Below, in pieces: positions 58,348 to 64,000 of a stretch of DNA of 64,000 nt. The translations under genes and the position numbers were made by a program. The notes below the pieces were generated by a model. It was not told the origin of the DNA. It ran no database searches and saw only the letters and a program-made list of their open reading frames with translations. The DNA is from an uncultured bacterium (GTDB taxonomy: Bacteria; Armatimonadota; Abditibacteriia; Abditibacteriales; Abditibacteriaceae): contig CAWJLW010000006.1 of NCBI GenBank assembly GCA_963843795.1, positions 3,112,375 to 3,176,374 of the forward strand, written 5' to 3'. Positions within the stretch are counted from its first letter, which is position 1. The number at the start of each line of letters is the position of its first letter.

Positions 58348-58566
58348 TTATTTATAACGATAAAGAATGCGGCCACGGCTCAAGTCGTTGACATTGAGTT
58401 CGAGCAACACACGATCACCGGGCAGAATGCGAATAAAGTGCATTCGGATTTTGCCTGAAACGTGCGCCAGCACCTCGTGCCCATTGTCCAGCTCAACGCG
58501 AAACATCGCGTTGGGCAATGTTTCACGCACCACACCTTCGACTTGAACGCCACTATCTTTTGCCAT
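58348..58566 (-). CDS. infA: Translation initiation factor IF-1
   Basis: [20 protein letters not shown]. Confidence 0.97.
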   Translation of the reverse strand: MAKDSGVQVEGVVRETLPNAMFRVELDNGHEVLAHVSGKIRMHFIRILPGDRVLLELNVNDLSRGRILYRYK

Positions 58567-58655
58567 CGTTCTCCTACAAATTTCCCTGCAATTTCAATCA
58601 ACACGCCCAACGCTTAAAAATATCTCCAAAAGCGCCCGACGCAAACTCCATAATT

Positions 58656-59303
58656 CTAACACAAACTCTCGACTGCTGCACGCAAGCGTCCAGCAATCTC
58701 GTCCGGCTTTCCCACGCCATTGACTTCACGCAGCAAATCCTGTTGTCGATAGAACTTCAACAAAGGCGCTGTCAAGCGATGATAAACGCTCAGTCGATGT
58801 CGCACCGTCGAAGGTTTGTCATCATCACGCGTCTTCAGAATACCGCGATCCAAATCGCACACGCCCATCTGGCGCGGCGGTTTGTTGGTCAAATGATAAA
58901 TCGATCCGCAGGTCGCACACACCAAACGCCCGACCGCACGTTCAACAATCGCTTCGTCCGGCACTTGCAGCGCCAGTGCGATCTGCAAATCGCGATTCAC
59001 TTCACGTAAATAAATCTTTAATGAACGCCCTTGTTCTAGGGTTCGTGGGTAACCATCCAGCAAAAACCCTTCTGCGTCATCACGGCTCAGGCGCTCATCC
59101 ATCATCTGATTGACGATTTCATCCGGCACAAGATTTCCGCGCGAAATATATTCATCGGCCAGTATGCCAAGTGGCGTATGTTCGGCAATTTCCGCGCGGA
59201 ACAGATCGCCGGTTGCGATATGTGGCACACCAAGCGAGACCGCCAATCCGACGGCCTGTGTGCCTTTGCCACTGCCAGGCGGCCCCAACAAAACCAGACG
59301 CAT
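58656..59303 (-). CDS. adk: Adenylate kinase
   Basis: GPPGSGKGTQ, LDGYPR. Confidence 0.96.
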   Translation of the reverse strand: MRLVLLGPPGSGKGTQAVGLAVSLGVPHIATGDLFRAEIAEHTPLGILADEYISRGNLVPDEIVNQMMDERLSRDDAEGFLLDGYPRTLEQGRSLKIYLREVNRDLQIALALQVPDEAIVERAVGRLVCATCGSIYHLTNKPPRQMGVCDLDRGILKTRDDDKPSTVRHRLSVYHRLTAPLLKFYRQQDLLREVNGVGKPDEIAGRLRAAVESLC

Positions 59304-59359
59304 ACAAATAAATTCAGCAAAAACTTTCGGAAAACGCGTTGCAGGACGTGCGATACGTT

Positions 59360-60697
59360 TTACAAACGACCCTTGCCCATCTGCCGCGCCAGACCTTCAT
59401 ACTGGCGCATTTTCAATTGCTGATCCAAATTCTGCATGATTTCCAGCGCCACGCCGACCACGATGAGCAGCGAAGTGCCGCCGATCAATGTCGAAATGCC
59501 ACCCGCGTCTTGTGGCAATTGCAGAATGCGCGGCAGCCACCATTGCGAAAGCGCCACCAGAGCCAGGAACAAACCACCGGCGAAAGTAATGCGCGTCAAC
59601 ACGCGGTCAATGAACAATTGAGTTGGGCGGCCCGGCGCGTAGCCTTGAATCTGGCCACCATATTTTTTCAAGTTGTCCGACAAATCCCGCACATCGAAAA
59701 TTACCGCTGTGTAGAAATATGTGAAGCCCATCACCAAAGCTGCGTACACCAACGAGGCAAAGATGCTGGTAGGCGCAAAAAGATTCTGAATGGTGGTCGC
59801 GACGTTAAAGCCGGTGCCCGTTGCTGCCGTCGGAGGCAAGGTGCGCAGGTACCACGCGGCGATTTGTCCGGGAAACAGCACAATCGACACGGCAAAGATG
59901 ATTGGAATCACACCGGCAGCCGCCATTTTCAGCGGCAAATAAGAACGCTGTGCCTGTACCATTCCCTTGCGACCCTGACGCGGCGCGTATTTCACTGGAA
60001 TGCGGCGCTCGCCCTGCGTGACGCGGATGATAATGGCGATAAGACCAACGAAAACAGCGACCAACATCAAAATTTGGAACCAAGATGCCAGTTGAATCAG
60101 CGCAATAATTTGATGTGGCAAGCGCGCCACGATACCAGCAAAGATGATGAACGAAATGCCATTACCTACGCCGCGCTCGGTGATCGCTTCACCCAGCCAA
60201 ATCAAGAACATCGTACCCGCTGTGAGGCTAATAACGGTTGAAACGAAAATCCCAAAGCCCGGATCGAGTACACCAATGGCTGGAGTTTGAAACGCTTTGG
60301 TGGCAATCGATGCCTGCACCAGCGTCAAAGCGATAGCTGACCAGCGCGTCCATTGCGACATTTTGCGCCGTCCATATTCGCCTTCTTTTTGCAATTCCTT
60401 GAAATAAGGAAAGGCAATGGTAAGAATTTGAAAAACGATACTTGACGTGATATAAGGCATGATGCCCAGCGCCACGATAGAAAGTTTACTAAGAGCACCG
60501 CCACCAAAAATGTCGATGAAGTCGAGAACGCCGCCGCTGTTCTGAAACAGCTTTTCCATCGCATCACGATGAACGTTAGCGATGGGAATGTGAATGGCGA
60601 GAATATAGAGCACCATCGCCCCTAGCACGAACAGCATGCGCTGGCGCAGTTCGGGCACGCGCCACGACAAAATCAAAGGTTCTAAAGCTTTTTTCAT
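59360..60697 (-). CDS. secY: Preprotein translocase SecY
   Basis: LGIMPYIT, GVGNGIS, GVIPIIFA, GGTSLLIVVGV. Confidence 0.97.
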   Translation of the reverse strand: MKKALEPLILSWRVPELRQRMLFVLGAMVLYILAIHIPIANVHRDAMEKLFQNSGGVLDFIDIFGGGALSKLSIVALGIMPYITSSIVFQILTIAFPYFKELQKEGEYGRRKMSQWTRWSAIALTLVQASIATKAFQTPAIGVLDPGFGIFVSTVISLTAGTMFLIWLGEAITERGVGNGISFIIFAGIVARLPHQIIALIQLASWFQILMLVAVFVGLIAIIIRVTQGERRIPVKYAPRQGRKGMVQAQRSYLPLKMAAAGVIPIIFAVSIVLFPGQIAAWYLRTLPPTAATGTGFNVATTIQNLFAPTSIFASLVYAALVMGFTYFYTAVIFDVRDLSDNLKKYGGQIQGYAPGRPTQLFIDRVLTRITFAGGLFLALVALSQWWLPRILQLPQDAGGISTLIGGTSLLIVVGVALEIMQNLDQQLKMRQYEGLARQMGKGRL

Positions 60698-60849
60698 ATC
60701 TTGTCCGCCCTGTAATTTCACAGAGCTTCACCATCTTAATCACGGTTGAATTCAACGCTGGGCCAAAGGGACGGCGAAGCGCAAAGTACTTGTAGACCAC
60801 AGTACTTTGCGCTTCGTTCCCCTCACTACGCAGTGATATTCCAGCAATT

Positions 60850-61365
60850 CTACGCTGTTGTTTCAGTTTCGCTCTCGCCAGCTTCCGACTTGGCGATCTC
60901 GCTCAACAATTGAGCAGTGCCGCCAGCAGCTTCGATTTTATCGCGCGCCGACTTGGAAAAATGCTGGGCCTGCACAGTGATCGCTTTGCTGATTTCACCG
61001 TTACCTAGCACACGCAAACCATCGTGACGGCCATTAATGATGCCGCGCTCGCGCAGCATCTCAGCGGTTACGACAGTGCCCGCATCCAACAAATTCAACT
61101 GGGTGAGATTAATTTCACCGTAATGTTTGCGCGTCATGCCGATTGGCATTGCGCCTTTGCCCTGGCCGCGCAGTTTGGGCAAACGACGATAAAGCGGCGT
61201 CTGCCCGCCTTCAAAGCCGGGGCGCACGCTGTTGCGCGCGAGCTGGCCTTTCTGGCCACGCGTCGAGGTTTTACCATGACCGCTGCCGATACCGCGACCT
61301 ACGCGCTTGGCCTTTTTACGAGCACCGCGCGCCGGACGCAGATTATTTAACGTATATAATTCCAT
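60850..61365 (-). CDS. rplO: 50S ribosomal protein L15
   Basis: RVGRGIGSGHGKT, GFEGGQTP. Confidence 0.96.
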   Translation of the reverse strand: MELYTLNNLRPARGARKKAKRVGRGIGSGHGKTSTRGQKGQLARNSVRPGFEGGQTPLYRRLPKLRGQGKGAMPIGMTRKHYGEINLTQLNLLDAGTVVTAEMLRERGIINGRHDGLRVLGNGEISKAITVQAQHFSKSARDKIEAAGGTAQLLSEIAKSEAGESETETTA

Positions 61366-61493
61366 GATCTTATTTGTGTCCTTGACAAAGCTCATCAAAC
61401 GCCCCGCAAGTACTTGCACCAAACATTTCGGATGCATTATGCAGACAAAATGTGTTGCCAGTACCTGCGGGGGAGGTTGAAAGGTTTTGTCGA

Positions 61494-61691
61494 TCAATTT
61501 TCGGTAACTTCGACCAGGTGTTTGACTTTGAACACCATGCCACGCACGCTATCGTTGTCGGGCAGGGCGACGGTTGCCCCGATCTTGCGGAGACCGAGAG
61601 CGCGAACGGTCGCCTTTTGAGTTTTCTCGAACCCGATTGGGCTTTTCTTCAGCGTGATATTCAGTGTCGATTTGGGGCTGTCTTGGCTCAT
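61494..61691 (-). CDS. rpmD: 50S ribosomal protein L30
   Basis: [22 protein letters not shown]. Confidence 0.93.
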   Translation of the reverse strand: MSQDSPKSTLNITLKKSPIGFEKTQKATVRALGLRKIGATVALPDNDSVRGMVFKVKHLVEVTEN

Positions 61692-62220
61692 ACAAACTCG
61701 CATCCTTCAGAGCGGCAGGAATCGCCAACTCTTGTAAACTTTTTCCGCGCCGCTCGGCCACATCGGTCGCCTTCTGCATCTGGCGCAAGCCGTCCAAAAC
61801 GGCATACACATTGTTAATCGCGTTATCCGAACCCAGCGATTTGGTCAAAATATCTTTAATGCCCGCCGCTTCCACGACCGCACGCGCCGCTGGCCCGGCA
61901 ATTACACCCGTGCCCGGCGAGGCCGGTTTCAGCATTACGCGCGCGCTGCCAGTACGACCGATCACCATATGCGGCACGGTGGTGTTTACCATCGGCACTT
62001 CGACCAAGTTCTTGGCCGCCGACTGCGAACCTTTGCGAATCGCATCTGGGACGCTGGCCGATTTGCCCATACCAACGCCGACATGACCATTGCCATCGCC
62101 TACAACGACCAACGACGAGAAACGGCGCTTACGTCCACCCTTGACGGTTTTCGATACCGGCTTGAGCTGAACGACTTTTTCTACACTCAACAATTCTGGA
62201 TCAATCTGAACTCTTGCCAC
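61549..62220 (-). CDS. rpsE: 30S ribosomal protein S5 (true stop probably near 61690)
   Basis: [25 protein letters not shown] as given overlaps rpmD by 143 nt. Confidence 0.93.
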   Translation of the reverse strand: MARVQIDPELLSVEKVVQLKPVSKTVKGGRKRRFSSLVVVGDGNGHVGVGMGKSASVPDAIRKGSQSAAKNLVEVPMVNTTVPHMVIGRTGSARVMLKPASPGTGVIAGPAARAVVEAAGIKDILTKSLGSDNAINNVYAVLDGLRQMQKATDVAERRGKSLQELAIPAALKDASLYEPRQPQIDTEYHAEEKPNRVRENSKGDRSRSRSPQDRGNRRPARQR

Positions 62221-62299
62221 GTTTGAACTCCAATGTTCACCCCGTCATTACGCTAAGGGCGCTGTTGCAAGCGACCCGTTAATGACGGGTCATTGCTTT

Positions 62300-62668
62300 T
62301 TAGAAATTAAGACCGGCTTCGCGCGCTGCATCGGCGAACGCGCGCACCGCGCCCATATATTGATTACCGTTGCGGTCGAACACCACCGCGTCGATGCCCT
62401 TCTCTTTGGCGGCTTCAGCGATTGCCGTACCGACCACTTTAGCGGCTGCGATGCTGCCCTTGCCGCCATCGACTTCTCCGCCGATAGCTTTTTGTAGCGT
62501 CGAGGCCGCAGCGACGGTGTGACCGGTCGTATCGTCAATCAGCTGCGCATGAATATGCGCGTTAGTACGGTTGACGCACAGACGCGGACGTTGCGGTGTG
62601 CCGCTGACTTTCTGGCGCAAGCGTAAATGACGACGTTTACGCTTCTGTTCCAATGTTTTCTTTGCCAT
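62300..62668 (-). CDS. rplR: 50S ribosomal protein L18
   Basis: RPRLCV, HAQLIDD, VFDR, AREAGL. Confidence 0.96.
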   Translation of the reverse strand: MAKKTLEQKRKRRHLRLRQKVSGTPQRPRLCVNRTNAHIHAQLIDDTTGHTVAAASTLQKAIGGEVDGGKGSIAAAKVVGTAIAEAAKEKGIDAVVFDRNGNQYMGAVRAFADAAREAGLNF

Positions 62669-62799
62669 CTCGTTCCTTCTCGCTGGTCTTGGTCAGCGAT
62701 ACTTCTATCTTTAAATTTGCGCCTGTAAGAACGAACTTTGCGTTCGCCCTTACGATGCGCTTTTGCTTTAATTTTACGACGCAGCAAGTACTTGCTGCG

Positions 62800-63381
62800 T
62801 TATTTCTTCTTGTCGCCCTTAGCCGCTTTGCCCAACTTACGCTTGACAACTTCATCGGAGTAGCGCAGGCCCTTGCCTTTATAGGGCTCAACTTTGCGCT
62901 GACGGCGCACTTCGGCGGCCACGTCGCCCAGCATCTGACGGTCGTGACACGAAATCACAATCGTCGAGGCCAGAAAGCCGTTTTCAGTTGTCGGTGTCGT
63001 TGGTGTCGCGGTTGCGGTTACGCCTTCGGGCAACGGAACTGAAATGGGATGGGAGTAACCCAGTGCCATATCAAGAGATTTTTCTTTGGCTTCGGCGCGA
63101 TAACCGACGCCACGCAGTTCCAATTTCTTGCTAAAACCTTCGCTGGCACCGACGACGGCGTTGCTCAGCAGAGCGCGCGTCAGACCGTGTAGCGAACGAT
63201 TGTTGGGCGAATCATCCGGGCGAGAGACGACCAGTTGGCCATCTTCCTGCGTGATCGTAATTGCTCCGGGCACGTTGACAGTATTGGTGCCTTTGGGGCC
63301 TTTGACTGTTACTACGCCATCGTTTTGTGTGATCGTGACGCCGGACGGAATAACCACCGGCGCGCGTCCAATTCGTGACAT
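62800..63381 (-). CDS. rplF: 50S ribosomal protein L6
   Basis: MSRIG, GVGYRA, LGYSHP, EPYKGKG. Confidence 0.96.
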   Translation of the reverse strand: MSRIGRAPVVIPSGVTITQNDGVVTVKGPKGTNTVNVPGAITITQEDGQLVVSRPDDSPNNRSLHGLTRALLSNAVVGASEGFSKKLELRGVGYRAEAKEKSLDMALGYSHPISVPLPEGVTATATPTTPTTENGFLASTIVISCHDRQMLGDVAAEVRRQRKVEPYKGKGLRYSDEVVKRKLGKAAKGDKKK

Positions 63382-63423
63382 ATTTTTCTCCAAACAGCGG
63401 CTCACGACGAGCCGTTTAAGTCT

Positions 63424-63819
63424 TTAATAAACTCGCGCCAGCAATTCGCCGCCGACTCCGGCACGACGCGCGTCGCGGTCAGACAAGACGCCGCGCGGCG
63501 TTGACAGAATTGCCACGCCCAAGCCGCCAAGAACACGACCAATATCGGCTTTGCCGACATAGATGCGGCGGCCCGGCTTGGAGACGCGCTCCAAAACCTG
63601 AAAGACGCGCTCGCGGCTATCTGTGTAGCGCAGGACGACGCGAATGCGCCCCTGCTTGTTGTCCGGCGTCACTTCGTAATCGCCGATGTAGCCTTCTTGT
63701 TTCAGAATGCGCGCGATCTCAACCTTCAGGTTGGATGACGGCATCGTCACTTCGGGATGGCGCGCCGTATTGGCATTGCGCACCGCGGTCAAAAAATCCG
63801 CAATCGGATCAGTCTGCAT
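63424..63819 (-). CDS. rpsH: 30S ribosomal protein S8
   Basis: [19 protein letters not shown]. Confidence 0.97.
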   Translation of the reverse strand: MQTDPIADFLTAVRNANTARHPEVTMPSSNLKVEIARILKQEGYIGDYEVTPDNKQGRIRVVLRYTDSRERVFQVLERVSKPGRRIYVGKADIGRVLGGLGVAILSTPRGVLSDRDARRAGVGGELLARVY

Positions 63820-63912
63820 TTATTTTTCCCCATCAGGCGAGCGAACTCGCCAGTTATTTTGCACACGCTATCCGTCATAAAAACGAGCTTTCACGTTTTT
63901 CTGGGACACGTT

Positions 63913-64000
63913 TTACCAAGAGCTTTTCGTCACACCGGGCACCATACCACGATGGCTCATGCCACGAAAGCAGATGCGGCACAATCCGAAACGGCGCATA
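63913..64000 (-). CDS. rpsN: 30S ribosomal protein S14, zinc-binding type (C-terminal part)
   Basis: Manual translation MRRFGLCRICFRGMSHRGMVPGVTKSSW*. Confidence 0.9.
   Translation of the reverse strand, partial: MRRFGLCRICFRGMSHRGMVPGVTKSSW

Overview
Bacterial chromosomal segment, mostly core genes. DUF1559/prepilin-type and CSLREA surface proteins suggest Armatimonadota/Abditibacteriota; this is inferred, not shown. It contains yebC, a PrsA-like foldase, mazG, a histidine kinase/NtrC locus, the suf operon, tyrS, an endonuclease III family gene, trmB, aceE-aceF-lpdA, a LacI/DUF1559/glycosidase-like module, an atypical GrpE-Hsp70-J-like operon, and the distal spc/alpha ribosomal-protein operons with truA-rplM-rpsI. 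The main unexplained signal is a hyper-iterated perfect palindrome, (T)GCAAGTACTTGC(A). I counted at least 44 exact 12-mers by eye (about one per 1.5 kb), plus about a dozen near-matches. Most copies are intergenic, often extended by copy-specific complementary arms into 30-50 bp palindromes at gene ends. Ten lie inside genes, in all three reading frames. This pattern resembles cyanobacterial HIP1 or DNA-uptake sequences, but I do not recognise the motif as a described one. Several genes are split by single-base indels, probably assembly errors. No rRNA, tRNA, CRISPR array, integrase or transposase was seen.
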